Of a stretch of 64,000 nt of DNA, positions 8,983 to 19,293 are shown piece after piece. The translations under genes were made by a program, and so were the position numbers. The notes under the pieces were generated by a model. It worked only from the letters and a program-made list of their open reading frames with translations, did not search any database and had not been told where the DNA came from. Origin of the DNA: Clostridia bacterium (GTDB lineage Bacteria; Bacillota; Clostridia; Christensenellales; CAG-138); the NCBI GenBank assembly GCA_017619735.1, contig JAFZRT010000060.1, forward strand, positions 13,036 through 77,035, given 5' to 3'. Each line of letters begins with the position of its first letter. Position 1 is the first letter of the stretch.

Positions 8983-10059
8983 ATGGACGAACTCAAAAAA
9001 ACTCCGCTCTATGAGGCGCATATCGCTCTCGGCGGCAAGATGGTCGATTTCGGCGGCTGGGCACTCCCCGTTCAGTACAGCTCGATAATCGAGGAGCACA
9101 AGGCTGTCCGCACCGCCTGCGGCCTCTTTGACGTCTCCCACATGGGCGAGGTATTCATCCTCGGCGAAGGCGCCTTCGATTTCATTCAGAACCTCGTCAC
9201 CAACGATATCACCACGATGACTCCCGGCCGCTGCCGCTACGCCGTGATGTGCTACCCCGACGGCGGAGCCGTGGACGACGTGCTCATCTACAAGTTTGCT
9301 GACGACCGCTACATGCTGGTAGTCAACGCCGCCAACACCCAGAAGGATCTCGACTGGATCAACATGAACGCTCCCGAAAACGTGACCGTCGTCAACGAGA
9401 GCCCCCTTTGGGCGCAGCTTGCTCTCCAGGGCCCGAAGTTCGAGGAGGTCCTGAACGCCGCCGGTTACGAGGGTGAGATCCCCGCCAAGAATTACACCTT
9501 CACCGAGCACAACACCGTCGCGGGCGTCGACTGCCTCGTATCCCGCACCGGCTACACCGGCGAGGACGGCGTCGAGCTCTACTGCAAGGCAGAGGACGCC
9601 ATGAAGCTCCATGCCGCTCTGCTCGCCGCCGGCAAGGATATCGGCCTGCTCCCCTGCGCTCTCGGCGCGAGGGACACCCTCCGTTTCGAGGCCTCCATGC
9701 CCCTTTACGGTCATGAGATGAGCGCCGAGATCAACCCCGTCGAGTGCGGCGTCGATTTCGCGATCAAGTTCAAGAAGCCCGCCTTCATCGGCCGTGAGGC
9801 GCTCATGCAGCCCAAGACCCGTCAGCGCATCGGTCTGAAGGTCCTGAAGGGCCTCGCCCGCGAGCATATGCCCGTTCTCATGAACGGCGAAATCGTCGGC
9901 TTCACCACGTCCGGCGGTCCCGCTCCCAGCCTCGGCGGAAACTACGCAATGGCGATAGTCCCCGCGGAAGTTCCGGAGGACGCCGTCTGGACAATCGACG
10001 TTCGCGGCCGTCAGATCCCCTGCGAGCGCGTCGATCTTCCGTTCTACAAGAGGGCGTAA
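8983..10059 (+). CDS. gcvT: glycine cleavage system aminomethyltransferase (T protein)
   Basis: Start chosen at the internal ATG 8983 (MDELKKTPLYEAH...), preceded by AAAGGGG. The track ORF starts upstream at 8908. It is first in a gcvT-H-PA-PB order. Confidence 0.9.
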   Translation: MDELKKTPLYEAHIALGGKMVDFGGWALPVQYSSIIEEHKAVRTACGLFDVSHMGEVFILGEGAFDFIQNLVTNDITTMTPGRCRYAVMCYPDGGAVDDVLIYKFADDRYMLVVNAANTQKDLDWINMNAPENVTVVNESPLWAQLALQGPKFEEVLNAAGYEGEIPAKNYTFTEHNTVAGVDCLVSRTGYTGEDGVELYCKAEDAMKLHAALLAAGKDIGLLPCALGARDTLRFEASMPLYGHEMSAEINPVECGVDFAIKFKKPAFIGREALMQPKTRQRIGLKVLKGLAREHMPVLMNGEIVGFTTSGGPAPSLGGNYAMAIVPAEVPEDAVWTIDVRGRQIPCERVDLPFYKRA

Positions 10060-10128
10060 GCCCGTATGATAACCGCTTCCCGCGGGAAGCGCCTCAAAAG
10101 ACGAATACAAACCACAGGAGGTATTATT

Positions 10129-10506
10129 ATGGTTCCCAATGATCGCAAGTACACCCGTGACCATGAGTGGGTCATGGTAGAAGGCAACATCGCCAAGATG
10201 GGCATCACCGCTCACGCGGCCGAGGCTCTCGGCGATATCGTTTATGTCGAGCTTCCCGTCGTCGGCGACGAGACCGCCATCGGCGAAAGCTACTGCGTAG
10301 TCGAGTCCGTCAAGGCCAGCTCCGCCGTCTACTCCGCCGTTACCGGTACCGTTACCGAGGTCAACGAAGAGTTGGACGCCGCTCCCGAGCTCCTCAACGA
10401 GGACGCGTTCGCGAACTTCATCGCCGCCGTCGAGTTCACCGAGATCAACGAGGATGAGCTCATGGACGCCGAGGCTTACGAGCAGTTCTGCGCCGAAGAG
10501 GAATAA
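10129..10506 (+). CDS. gcvH: glycine cleavage system H protein (lipoyl carrier)
   Basis: 125-aa product from ATG 10129 after AGGAGG. Lipoyl-lysine motif VESVKASS is present. Confidence 0.9.
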   Translation: MVPNDRKYTRDHEWVMVEGNIAKMGITAHAAEALGDIVYVELPVVGDETAIGESYCVVESVKASSAVYSAVTGTVTEVNEELDAAPELLNEDAFANFIAAVEFTEINEDELMDAEAYEQFCAEEE

Positions 10507-10525
10507 TCGAACAGCATGATCCCAA

Positions 10526-10552
10526 CCGCCGACGGGGCCTCCCCGTCGGCGG
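10526..10552 (+). other. intercistronic 12-bp perfect hairpin (ccgccgacgggg cct ccccgtcggcgg) flanked by a 9-nt direct repeat gaacagcat
   Basis: Read directly. The repeats are at 10509..10517 and 10552..10560, and no T-run follows the hairpin. Confidence 0.5.
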
Positions 10553-10591
10553 AACAGCATATCAGGTCATCACCCGAAAAGGAGTCGCATT

Positions 10592-11932
10592 ATGAAATCT
10601 TACGTCCCCAATACCGAAAAGGAGCGCCGTGAGATGCTTGCCGAGATCGGCATGAGCTCCATGGACGATCTTTTCCGGGACATTCCCGAGGACCTTAAGC
10701 TCAAAAGGCCCCTCGACCTTCCCGAGCCCCTCTCCGAGATGGAGCTGCGCGATCATATCCGCGGATTCGTCTACCTCAACGAGGAGGGCGGCCCGCTCTT
10801 CCGAGGCGCGGGCGCTTACCGTCACTACATCCCCTCCCTCATCCCCCAGCTTGCCATGAGGAGCGAGTTCTATACCGCTTACACCCCCTATCAGGCAGAG
10901 ATGAGCCAGGGCATGCTCCAGAGTCTCTTTGAGTATCAGACCGTCATCTGCCGTCTGACCGGGCTCGACGCCGCCAACGCCTCCGTTTACGACGGCGCCA
11001 CCGCCGCCGCCGAGGCGCTGCTCATGCTCCGCGACAACAAGCGCAAGAAAAAGGTGCTCTACTCCGCGGCGCTCAATCCCGACGTGATAACGGTCATGCA
11101 CACCTACGCCCACTGCGCGGGCATCGAGCTTGTCGAGATCCCCGTAAACGATAAGGGCACCGCCGACGTTTCCGCCATAACCGCCAACATGGAAGGCGCG
11201 GCCGGCTATATCGGCGCGAACCCCAACTACTACGGCTGCATAGAGCCCATGGCCGAGATCGCCGAGGCGGTCCACGCCGCGGGCGGCCTGCTCGTCGCAT
11301 ACGTCAATCCCATATCCCTCGGCGTCCTGAAGCGCCCCGCCGATTACGGCGCGGATATCGCGATAGGCGACGGCCAGACACTCGGCCTGCCCATGGCGTT
11401 CGGCGGCCCGTACGTCGGATTCATGGCCGCTACCCAGAAGCTCATGCGCAACCTGCCCGGCCGCATAGCGGGCGAGACCCGCGACGCCGAGGGCAACCGC
11501 GTTTACGTGCTCACCCTTCAGGCCCGCGAGCAGCATATAAGGCGCGACAAGGCCGCCTCCAACATCTGCTCCAACCAGATGCTCTGCGCCATCATGAGCG
11601 CGATGTACTGCTGCACGATGGGCCCCGCCGGCATGCGCGAGGTCGCCGAGCAGAACATCGCCAAGGCGCACTGCCTCGCCAAGAAGCTCTGCGCCATCGA
11701 CGGCGTGAAGCTCCGCTGGCCCGACACCCCGTTCTTCAACGAATTCGTCATCGACGTCGACAACCCCGATGAGATCAACAAGGCGCTCGCCAATTACTCC
11801 ATCACCGGCGGTCTCGTGCTGAAGGACGGCGGCATGCTCTGGTGCGCTACGGAGATGAACAACGCCGACGAGTTCGATTTCGTCTGCGACATCATCCAGG
11901 ACACCATCGATTCCATGGGAGGTGAAGAGTGA
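10592..11932 (+). CDS. gcvPA: glycine dehydrogenase (decarboxylating) subunit 1
   Basis: 446-aa ORF with AAAGGAG RBS. Its stop overlaps the gcvPB start (ATGA type). Confidence 0.9.
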   Translation: MKSYVPNTEKERREMLAEIGMSSMDDLFRDIPEDLKLKRPLDLPEPLSEMELRDHIRGFVYLNEEGGPLFRGAGAYRHYIPSLIPQLAMRSEFYTAYTPYQAEMSQGMLQSLFEYQTVICRLTGLDAANASVYDGATAAAEALLMLRDNKRKKKVLYSAALNPDVITVMHTYAHCAGIELVEIPVNDKGTADVSAITANMEGAAGYIGANPNYYGCIEPMAEIAEAVHAAGGLLVAYVNPISLGVLKRPADYGADIAIGDGQTLGLPMAFGGPYVGFMAATQKLMRNLPGRIAGETRDAEGNRVYVLTLQAREQHIRRDKAASNICSNQMLCAIMSAMYCCTMGPAGMREVAEQNIAKAHCLAKKLCAIDGVKLRWPDTPFFNEFVIDVDNPDEINKALANYSITGGLVLKDGGMLWCATEMNNADEFDFVCDIIQDTIDSMGGEE

Positions 11933-13386
11933 TGCGTTCCGAGTATAAACTGATTTTCGAGCGTTCCCACGAGGGACGCAGGGCTTACGACCTGCCCGCC
12001 TGCGACGTTCCCATGAACAGGGACGACGTTCCCGAGGAGTTCCGCGCGGATTCCGACCTCCGGCTCCCCGAGCTCGGCGAAGTCGATCTCGTCCGCCATT
12101 ATACGAACCTCTCCCGCCGCAACTTCGGTGTGGACAACGGCTTCTACCCCCTCGGCTCCTGCACCATGAAGTACAATCCCAAGATCAACGAGGAGCTCGC
12201 GCCCATGTTCGACGACGTGCATCCCCTGCTCGATACCGGGATGTGCCAGGGCTGCCTTGCCCTGATGGCGGATATGGAGCATATGCTCTGCGAGATCTGC
12301 GGCATGGACGCCTTCACGCTGCAGCCCGCAGCCGGCGCTCACGGCGAGCTGACCGGTCTTATGCACATCCGCGCCTATCATGAGCACAGGGGCGATACCG
12401 AGCGCACGACCATCATCGTTCCCGATGCGGCGCACGGCACCAACCCCGCCTCCGCCTCCATGGCCGGCTTCAAGGTCAAGGAGATCAAGTCCGCTCCCGA
12501 CGGCGGCGTCGACCTCGACGCTCTGCGCGCGGCGGTCGGCCCCGACACCGCGGGCCTCATGCTCACCAACCCCTCCACGCTCGGCCTCTTCGAGCGCAAC
12601 ATAAAGGAGATCGCAAAGATCGTCCACGAGGCGGGCGGCCTCCTCTATTACGACGGAGCGAACCTCAACGCCATCATGGGCATCGTCCGTCCCGGCGATA
12701 TGGGCTTCGACGTCATGCACATCAACCTGCATAAGACCTTCTCGACGCCCCACGGCGGCGGCGGCCCCGGCTCCGGTCCCGTCGGCGTAAAGAAGCACCT
12801 CATCCCCTTCATGCCCGTGCCCCGCATCGAGCAGAAGGACGGCCTTCTTACGCTCAACTACGACAAGCCCGAGTCCATCGGCAAGATCAAGAGCTTCTAC
12901 GGCAACTTCGGCGTTATCGTCAAGGCGTACTGCTACATCCGCTCCCTCGGCGCAGCCGGCCTCAGGGAGGCGTCCGAGAACGCGGTCCTCAACGCGAACT
13001 ACGTCATGAACAAGCTCCGCGGCGTCTATGAGATCCCGCACGACCGTACCTGCATGCACGAGTGCGTCGTCACCCCGGGCGAGCTCATGAACTACGGCGT
13101 CAACACCTCCGATATCGCGAAGGCGCTCATCGACCGCGGCTACCATCCCCCGACGATCTACTTCCCGCTGATCGTGCACGAGGCGATGATGATCGAGCCG
13201 ACCGAGTCCGAATCCCGCGAGACCCTCGACGAGTTCGTCGAGGCCATGAAGTCCATCGCCGAGCAGGTCAAGACCGACGCGGCCGCCATTCACGCCGCTC
13301 CCGTCACCACCCCCGTCGGCAGGCCGGACGAGGTCACCGCGGCAAGGAAGCCCATCGTCAAGTACGAAGAGGCGAAGGCCGAGTAA
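11929..13386 (+). CDS. gcvPB: glycine dehydrogenase (decarboxylating) subunit 2
   Basis: 485-aa ORF with the PLP-lysine region [18 protein letters not shown]. Confidence 0.9.
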   Translation: MMRSEYKLIFERSHEGRRAYDLPACDVPMNRDDVPEEFRADSDLRLPELGEVDLVRHYTNLSRRNFGVDNGFYPLGSCTMKYNPKINEELAPMFDDVHPLLDTGMCQGCLALMADMEHMLCEICGMDAFTLQPAAGAHGELTGLMHIRAYHEHRGDTERTTIIVPDAAHGTNPASASMAGFKVKEIKSAPDGGVDLDALRAAVGPDTAGLMLTNPSTLGLFERNIKEIAKIVHEAGGLLYYDGANLNAIMGIVRPGDMGFDVMHINLHKTFSTPHGGGGPGSGPVGVKKHLIPFMPVPRIEQKDGLLTLNYDKPESIGKIKSFYGNFGVIVKAYCYIRSLGAAGLREASENAVLNANYVMNKLRGVYEIPHDRTCMHECVVTPGELMNYGVNTSDIAKALIDRGYHPPTIYFPLIVHEAMMIEPTESESRETLDEFVEAMKSIAEQVKTDAAAIHAAPVTTPVGRPDEVTAARKPIVKYEEAKAE

Positions 13387-13395
13387 AAGACATAA

Positions 13396-13427
13396 TAAAA
13401 AGGACTGCGTCAGCAGTCCTTTTTTTC
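13396..13427. terminator. bidirectional terminator between gcvPB and the convergent ABC exporter gene
   Basis: Stem aggactgc/gcagtcct with loop gtca, an A-run upstream and T7 downstream. Confidence 0.6.
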
Positions 13428-13436
13428 ATATCCGGA

Positions 13437-15161
13437 TCACCGCTGCGACACGGTGAACAGGGAGTAGAAGTAGCCCTTCCTCTCCATCAGCTCGCCGAAC
13501 TCGCCCTGCTCCTCTATAACGCCGTTCTTCAGCGTGAACACACCGGTACAGCGGCGGAGGATGTTCTCGTCAAGATCGTGGGTGACAATTATGCGGGTGA
13601 AGCCGTCGAGCTTGAGTATCGCGTCGAGCACTTCGAACGTGGTCTGGGCGTCGAGGGCGGCGGTGGCCTCGTCCACGAGCAGCACGGGGGTCTTGCGCAG
13701 GAGCGCGCGGGCTATCGAGATCCTCTGGCGCTCGCCGCCGGAGAGCCCGGAGCCGTTCTCGCCGCAGAGGTAATCCTCCCCCCTGTCGTCCACGAGCTTC
13801 TTTAGGCCGGAGAGACGCACCGCGCGTTCGATCTCCTCCTCTGGGAAGTCGGAAAACATGGTGATATTGTCGCGTATGGTGCTGTTGAACACGAACACGT
13901 TCTGCTGGATTATAGAAACGAGGTCGTACAGCGAGCCCGCGGAAACGGTCCTGAGCTCCGTTCCGTCAAATAGTATCTGTCCCCTGTAATCGGAGGAGGA
14001 CGCCATCAGCAGGTTGAGTATGGTCGATTTGCCGCTGCCGGAGCCGCCGACCAGCGCGTAGCAGCCGCCGGCTTTGAGTTCCATATCCACGTCGCTCAAA
14101 ACCGTCTTTTCCTTCTCATACGAGAAGTTGAGGTCGCGTATGCTGATGCCCTCCGTGAGGCGCGGCGCTATCTGAACGCCATCGTCGGGCACGTTCTTGT
14201 TGAGCGCTTCGGCCAGCTTGTCGATGAGCCCGAAGGCGGATCTCACGCCGGCGTAGAACTTCGGGAAGGTGTTTATCGGTGCCAGTATGTAGTTTAGCAG
14301 CTGCACGAACACTATCGCGATGCCGGCGGTGATGCCCTTGCCGGAGAGCGCGAGCAGCGCCGCGACGAAGAACACGCCGAACTGCAGCACCGCCCCCGAA
14401 AGACCCGAGGCATAGCCGACGTTGATGAGGACCTTGGTGCGCTTCTCGGTCGCCGCGGCAACCTCCGAATTGCTGCCGTCGTGTATGCGGGAGATGCTGC
14501 GCTCGGCCTTGAAGCTCTTGATCACCGCAAAGCCCGTGAGCGCGTCCTTCAGCATGCCGGTATAGCCCTCCTTTTTATCGGAAACGGCCTTCTCCGCCTC
14601 CGCGGCGCGGTTGCCGAGAATAACGGAGACGATTATGGGCAGCAGCGAGAAGCCGATGGATATCAGCGTCAGGAGCGGGCTGTACCAGATCATGAGCACG
14701 AGCGCGCCGACGAACGTCACCGCGACCTGTATGGTGCCCTGCAGCTCGCCGAGGAAGTCGCGCTCAATGGTATTGAGATCGTTCGAGAGCGCCGAGATAT
14801 AGAGGGAGGTGTTCTCGCCGGAGAACGCCTGTATGCCCTTTTCCATGAGCCGGTCGAAGGCGTATTTCCTATACTGCTTCATCGCCCTCGCGCGGAAGCG
14901 GGACAGGAAGCAGTGATCGAGCACCCAGCCCAGGAGGAGCAGCGCGAACGCGGCTCCGCCCGCGATGAGCAGGGTCGGGAAGGAATAGCGGCAGTCGCCG
15001 GAGATTAGGTCCGAGACCTCCTTTATGAGCCACGATATCACGAGGTTCGCCGCCGAGGCCAGGAGCGCCGCCGCAACGGTCATAGCGAGATTCAGCTTGT
15101 TCTTTCGGAACAGCTCGCGGACGAAGGGTCGGCGCAGCGCCTTGAGTTCTTCTTTGGACAT
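13437..15161 (-). CDS. ABC exporter, fused permease and ATPase (type 1 exporter, MsbA/MdlB-like)
   Basis: 574 aa. The N-terminal half is a six-helix region. Walker A GGSGSGKST, signature LSGGERQR and Walker B LLVDEATAALD are present. Confidence 0.85.
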   Translation of the reverse strand: MSKEELKALRRPFVRELFRKNKLNLAMTVAAALLASAANLVISWLIKEVSDLISGDCRYSFPTLLIAGGAAFALLLLGWVLDHCFLSRFRARAMKQYRKYAFDRLMEKGIQAFSGENTSLYISALSNDLNTIERDFLGELQGTIQVAVTFVGALVLMIWYSPLLTLISIGFSLLPIIVSVILGNRAAEAEKAVSDKKEGYTGMLKDALTGFAVIKSFKAERSISRIHDGSNSEVAAATEKRTKVLINVGYASGLSGAVLQFGVFFVAALLALSGKGITAGIAIVFVQLLNYILAPINTFPKFYAGVRSAFGLIDKLAEALNKNVPDDGVQIAPRLTEGISIRDLNFSYEKEKTVLSDVDMELKAGGCYALVGGSGSGKSTILNLLMASSSDYRGQILFDGTELRTVSAGSLYDLVSIIQQNVFVFNSTIRDNITMFSDFPEEEIERAVRLSGLKKLVDDRGEDYLCGENGSGLSGGERQRISIARALLRKTPVLLVDEATAALDAQTTFEVLDAILKLDGFTRIIVTHDLDENILRRCTGVFTLKNGVIEEQGEFGELMERKGYFYSLFTVSQR

Positions 15162-15298
15162 TTGGGAAAGCTCCTTTGCCTTTTCTTGCTTTGATTATAC
15201 GGCGTCGGGGCGGTTTCCTCTACCAATTCGTGTTGTCGGCGGGGCAACTATTGGTTTCTTTTCGGCGCGGATCACGCTGGTTTTGCGGATATTCCCCG

Positions 15299-16798
15299 TC
15301 AGAGGCGGTAAAGCTCCGAATACTTCTTCGTCAGATAATCGATGTAGTACCGCGGGTCGGGATCCTCCCCGGTGCAGATCCGGATAAGCTCCGCGGGGGT
15401 CTTCGTTCTGCCGTAGCGGTGGATCCTTTCGCCGAGCCACGCGGTGACGGCGGGTATCCTGCCGCCCCTTATCAGCGCGTCGGCGTCGAGACATCGCCTC
15501 ATGGCGGCGTCGATCTGCGCGGCGTAAGCGTTGCCCAGCGCGTACGTCGGGAAATAGCCTATGAGCCCGCTGCCCCAATGCATATCCTGCAGGCAGCCCT
15601 CGCTGTCCGACGGCGCTTCGACGCCGAGGTATTCCCCGTACAGTCTGTTCCATTCAGCGGGGACGTCCTTCGCGGTCATATCCCCGTGCATGAGCTTTTG
15701 TTCGAGCTCGTATCTTACGAGCACGTGCAGGCAGTAGGTGAGCTCGTCCGCCTCCGTGCGCTTCAGAGTGGGCTTGACGGCGTTGACCGCGCGCCAGAAC
15801 GCGTCCGCGCTCACGTCCGAGAACGCCTCCGGGAAGAATCGCCGGACGACGGGGGTGATGAGCTCCGCAAAGGCGTGCGATCTGCCTATCATGTTTTCGT
15901 AGAATCGGGACTGCGACTCGTGTATGCCGGAAGAGGCCGGGCCGGAAAGCGCCGTGCCGTAAAGCTCGTCCGCGACGCCCATCTCGTAGATGGCGTGTCC
16001 GCCCTCGTGCAGGACGCTGAACATGTTCGCGGCGACACGGTCCTCGTAATAATGGGTGGTGATGCGGACGTCGTGCTTGTTGAGGCCCATCGTGTAGGGA
16101 TGCTCCACCTCCGCTATCGAGCAGTCGGCGCGGTCGATGCCCATGAGCTCCATTATGGCGTCGGAAAACTCTCTCTGGCGCTCGATCGGGAAATGCCCGT
16201 GCAGGAAGGATACGTCCGGCGCGGGCTTTTCGAGCACCCTTTTTAGGAGGGGCACCACGCCGTCCCTTACGCTCGAGAAGAATACGTCGAGCGTCTCCTG
16301 CGAGGCGCCCGGCTCGAACCGGTCGAGCCAGTGATCGTAGGGATCCTTTTCGGGCGAGGAGCATGCGGCGATATCCCGCGCGGCCGCGAACATGCGGTCA
16401 AGGTACGGCTCGAACATGGCGTGATCGTTCGCCGCCTTCGCCGCCTGCCACGCGGCGGAGGCCTCCCCCTTTATGCGGCTGAACTCGCGGTAAAGCTCCG
16501 GCGGGAGCTTCGTCAGGCGGTCGAGCTCCTTTTTCAGCTCCTTCACCTCGAGTCGGGTCAGCTCGTCCAGCTCCTCCGAGCGGGCAAAGAGCGTCTCTAT
16601 CGCCTCTATGCGCTCCGGAGCGGCGGTGAGCTTGTAGACCTCGCCCGAGAGCACCGCGCCGGTCGCCGCCCTCTGCGGGGCGGAGTTCTTCGGCGCGCAG
16701 ACCATGGCGTCGCACTGCATCACGCCCATCGCGTGTCTGTACGCGCGCAGCTTTGCGCCGTATTCGCGCATGACTTTTAAGGCTTCATTGATCTCCAT
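15299..16798 (-). CDS. M32 family (Taq-type) metallocarboxypeptidase, copy 1
   Basis: 499 aa with HEGGHAIYE (HExxH) and HESQSRFYEN motifs. Confidence 0.85.
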   Translation of the reverse strand: MEINEALKVMREYGAKLRAYRHAMGVMQCDAMVCAPKNSAPQRAATGAVLSGEVYKLTAAPERIEAIETLFARSEELDELTRLEVKELKKELDRLTKLPPELYREFSRIKGEASAAWQAAKAANDHAMFEPYLDRMFAAARDIAACSSPEKDPYDHWLDRFEPGASQETLDVFFSSVRDGVVPLLKRVLEKPAPDVSFLHGHFPIERQREFSDAIMELMGIDRADCSIAEVEHPYTMGLNKHDVRITTHYYEDRVAANMFSVLHEGGHAIYEMGVADELYGTALSGPASSGIHESQSRFYENMIGRSHAFAELITPVVRRFFPEAFSDVSADAFWRAVNAVKPTLKRTEADELTYCLHVLVRYELEQKLMHGDMTAKDVPAEWNRLYGEYLGVEAPSDSEGCLQDMHWGSGLIGYFPTYALGNAYAAQIDAAMRRCLDADALIRGGRIPAVTAWLGERIHRYGRTKTPAELIRICTGEDPDPRYYIDYLTKKYSELYRL

Positions 16799-16812
16799 TT
16801 TGATCCTCCGTT

Positions 16813-16848
16813 AAAAAGCGGCGCGGGGATATCCCCCGGCGCCGCGGT
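16813..16848 (-). terminator. hairpin plus T-run between the two M32 genes (minus strand)
   Basis: Minus-strand read gcggcgccgggggatatccccgcgccgc followed by ttttt. The stem has one bulge. Confidence 0.45.
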
Positions 16849-16854
16849 CTCTTC

Positions 16855-18354
16855 TTACAGACCGTAAAGCTCCGAGAACTTGTCGGTCAGGTATTTTATG
16901 TAGTATTCGGGATCGAAATCCTCCCCGCAGCAGATGCGGAGCAGCTCGGCGGGCTTCTTGATCCCCCCGTATTTGTGGATGTGCTCGCGCAGCCAGAGGG
17001 TGACCTTCTCCATCTCGCCCGCGCGGACGAGCGCGTCGGGATCCATCTCCTTCTTCATGGCATGGAGTATCTGCGCGCCGTACGCGGAGCCCAGAGAATA
17101 GGACGGGAAATAGCCGAAGCTGCCGCCCGACCAGTGGGAATCCTGCAGACAGCCCTCCTTAGCGCAGGGAACGTCGACGCCCAGATATTCCTTGTAGAGG
17201 CGGTTCCACTCGGCGGGGACGTCCTTTGTGTCGAGCTCGCCGTGCATGAGCTTTTTCTCGATCTCGTACCTGACGAGCACGTGCAGGGAGTAGGTGAGCT
17301 CGTCCGCCTCGGTGCGGATGAGCGAGGGTTCGGCGCGGTTGACGGCCTTATAGAACATCTCGGCGTCCACGCCTTCGAGCTGCTCGGGGAACAGCTCCTT
17401 GATCCTCGGGAACACGAGCTCGACGAACGCCTTGGAGCGTCCGATGATGTTCTCGTAGAAGCGGGACTGGGACTCGTGCATGCCGCAGGACGCGCCCCCC
17501 GCGAGCGGGGAGCCGATGAGCTCGTCGCAGTTGCCCATCTCGTAAGTGGCGTGACCGCCCTCGTGTATCACGGAGTACATGCTGGACTCCAGCGCGTTTT
17601 CGTAATAGTGGGTGGTGATCCTCATGTCGTGCTTGTTGAAGCCCGTGGTGAAGGGATGCTCCGTCTCGCCTATCGCGCAGTCGTCGCGGTCAATGCCCAT
17701 GACCTCCATGAGGTAGTCGGAAAGCTCCCTCTGTTTGAACACGGGATAGTCCTTATGCAGGAAATCCGCCTCCGGCTGCGGCTTTTCGCCTATGCGGTGT
17801 ATGAGGGGCACGAGCGCCGCCTTTACCTTTTCGAAATACCTGTCGAGGACGTCCTGCGTGAAGCCCTCCTCGAACTCGTTGAGCCAGTAGTCGTAGGGAT
17901 CCATCTCCGGAGCGGCGTATTTCGCAAAGCGGATATTGTACTCGACGAGCTTCTTCAAAAGCGGCTCGAACATGGGATAATCGCTCTTGACCTTCGCCTC
18001 GTGCCATACGGAATTGGCCTCGCTCTGTATGCGCTGATACTCGACGTATTCGTCCATGGGGATATTGCGCAGGAGCTTAAGGCCCTTCTGCGCCTCCTCC
18101 ACCTCGCGGCGGGTGATCTCGTCGAGCTCGGATGCGTGCTCGGTGAGGAGATCGAGCAGAGCAAAGTTCTCCTCATTGACGGAGAGCTTGTAGGTGATCT
18201 CCGACAGGGTCGCCATGGTGTCGGAGAACCCGGTCACGGCGTTCTTCGGCGCGACGGTATCGAAATCGTAATACATCACGCCCATCGCGTGCCAGTAGGC
18301 GTTGAGGAGCTTTTGATTCTCCTTGAGTTTCGCAACGGCTTCTTTAATCTCCAT
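16855..18354 (-). CDS. M32 family metallocarboxypeptidase, copy 2
   Basis: Start set at the internal ATG 18354 (MEIKEAVAKLKEN...), giving 499 aa collinear with copy 1. HEGGHATYE and HESQSRFYEN are present. The upstream 255 codons of track ORF 16855..19119 run through the promoter region and lie antisense to the ABC ATPase gene. Confidence 0.85.
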   Translation of the reverse strand: MEIKEAVAKLKENQKLLNAYWHAMGVMYYDFDTVAPKNAVTGFSDTMATLSEITYKLSVNEENFALLDLLTEHASELDEITRREVEEAQKGLKLLRNIPMDEYVEYQRIQSEANSVWHEAKVKSDYPMFEPLLKKLVEYNIRFAKYAAPEMDPYDYWLNEFEEGFTQDVLDRYFEKVKAALVPLIHRIGEKPQPEADFLHKDYPVFKQRELSDYLMEVMGIDRDDCAIGETEHPFTTGFNKHDMRITTHYYENALESSMYSVIHEGGHATYEMGNCDELIGSPLAGGASCGMHESQSRFYENIIGRSKAFVELVFPRIKELFPEQLEGVDAEMFYKAVNRAEPSLIRTEADELTYSLHVLVRYEIEKKLMHGELDTKDVPAEWNRLYKEYLGVDVPCAKEGCLQDSHWSGGSFGYFPSYSLGSAYGAQILHAMKKEMDPDALVRAGEMEKVTLWLREHIHKYGGIKKPAELLRICCGEDFDPEYYIKYLTDKFSELYGL

Positions 18355-18423
18355 ATTCCTTATCTGCCTTTCCCGGCGACGTGCGCCGCAATTTGTGGAA
18401 AAATGCCGAACGGCTTTTCCTAC

Positions 18424-18452
18424 ATTATAATTTCGCGGCGTATGGTTGTCAA
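18424..18452 (-). promoter_or_regulatory. consensus sigma-A promoter for M32 copy 2 (TTGACA-17-TATAAT)
   Basis: Minus-strand hexamers are the reverse complement of 18447..18452 and 18424..18429, with a 17-nt spacer. Confidence 0.5.
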
Positions 18453-18531
18453 CCGCGGGCGCGCTTTGGGCGCTTCGCGCATAGTCTGTGTATAGATATG
18501 TTAACAAGGAGGCCCCTCGGGGCGTTGAAAT

Positions 18532-19293
18532 ATGGGATCTGATTCGGTTGCCTCTCTTCGCGGAGTGAAGCTCGTCTATCACGAGCCCTCGCGCGAGACA
18601 TTGGCTGTGGACGGCCTCGATCTCGAGGTCAAAAGAGGCGAGTTCCTCTCGATAGTCGGGCCCTCGGGCTGCGGCAAGACGAGCGTGCTCTCGCTGATAA
18701 CGGGGCTCCTGACCCCGTCGGAGGGGAGCGTCGAGGTGCTCGGCGTCTCCCCGGCGGAGGCGCGCGGGCGCATCGGCTACATGCTGCAGCGGGACGCGCT
18801 GCTCGACTGGCGCACGATAGAGCGGAACGTGCTGCTCGGACTGGAGGTGAAGCGCGCGCTTACGCCCGAGAGCCGCAGCCGGGCGCTCGCGCTGCTCGAC
18901 AAATACGGGCTGGGCGATTTCCGCCGCCATTATCCGGCGGAGCTTTCGGGCGGCATGCGGCAGAAGGCGGCGCTGATAAGGACTCTCGCCGCCGAGCCGG
19001 AGCTGCTTCTCCTCGACGAGCCGTTTTCGGCGCTCGACTACCAGACGCGCATACTGCTGGAGGACGAGGTGCGCTCCATAATCAAGCAGGGCGGCTATAC
19101 GGCTGTGCTCGTGACGCACGACATTGCGGAGGCGATCTGCATGAGCGACCGCGTGGTGGTTTTCTCCGGCCGGCCCGCGCGGGTCAAGCGCTCCGTCGGT
19201 ATAGACCTTGCGGGGACTGCGTTCGAGCGGCGCAGCCGGGCGGGCTTCGGCGCGCTTTTCGACCTTATCTGGAAGGAGCTGAGGGAAGAATGA
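18532..19293 (+). CDS. ABC transporter ATP-binding protein (NitT/TauT, aliphatic sulfonate/nitrate/taurine type)
   Basis: 253 aa with Walker A GPSGCGKTS, signature LSGGMRQK and Walker B LLLDEPFSALD. AAGGAGG RBS. Confidence 0.8.
   Translation: MGSDSVASLRGVKLVYHEPSRETLAVDGLDLEVKRGEFLSIVGPSGCGKTSVLSLITGLLTPSEGSVEVLGVSPAEARGRIGYMLQRDALLDWRTIERNVLLGLEVKRALTPESRSRALALLDKYGLGDFRRHYPAELSGGMRQKAALIRTLAAEPELLLLDEPFSALDYQTRILLEDEVRSIIKQGGYTAVLVTHDIAEAICMSDRVVVFSGRPARVKRSVGIDLAGTAFERRSRAGFGALFDLIWKELREE

Noticed and set aside
18355-18531. Riboswitch or plus-strand promoter upstream of the NitT/TauT ABC genes
   Set aside because: The only clean hexamer pair with 17-nt spacing reads on the minus strand and serves the M32 gene. 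No riboswitch core motifs were recognised on the plus strand.
16855-19119. 754-aa version of the second M32 carboxypeptidase ORF
   Set aside because: The extra 255 N-terminal codons run through a consensus promoter and lie antisense to the ABC ATPase gene. The internal ATG at 18354 gives a 499-aa protein collinear with the neighbouring paralog.
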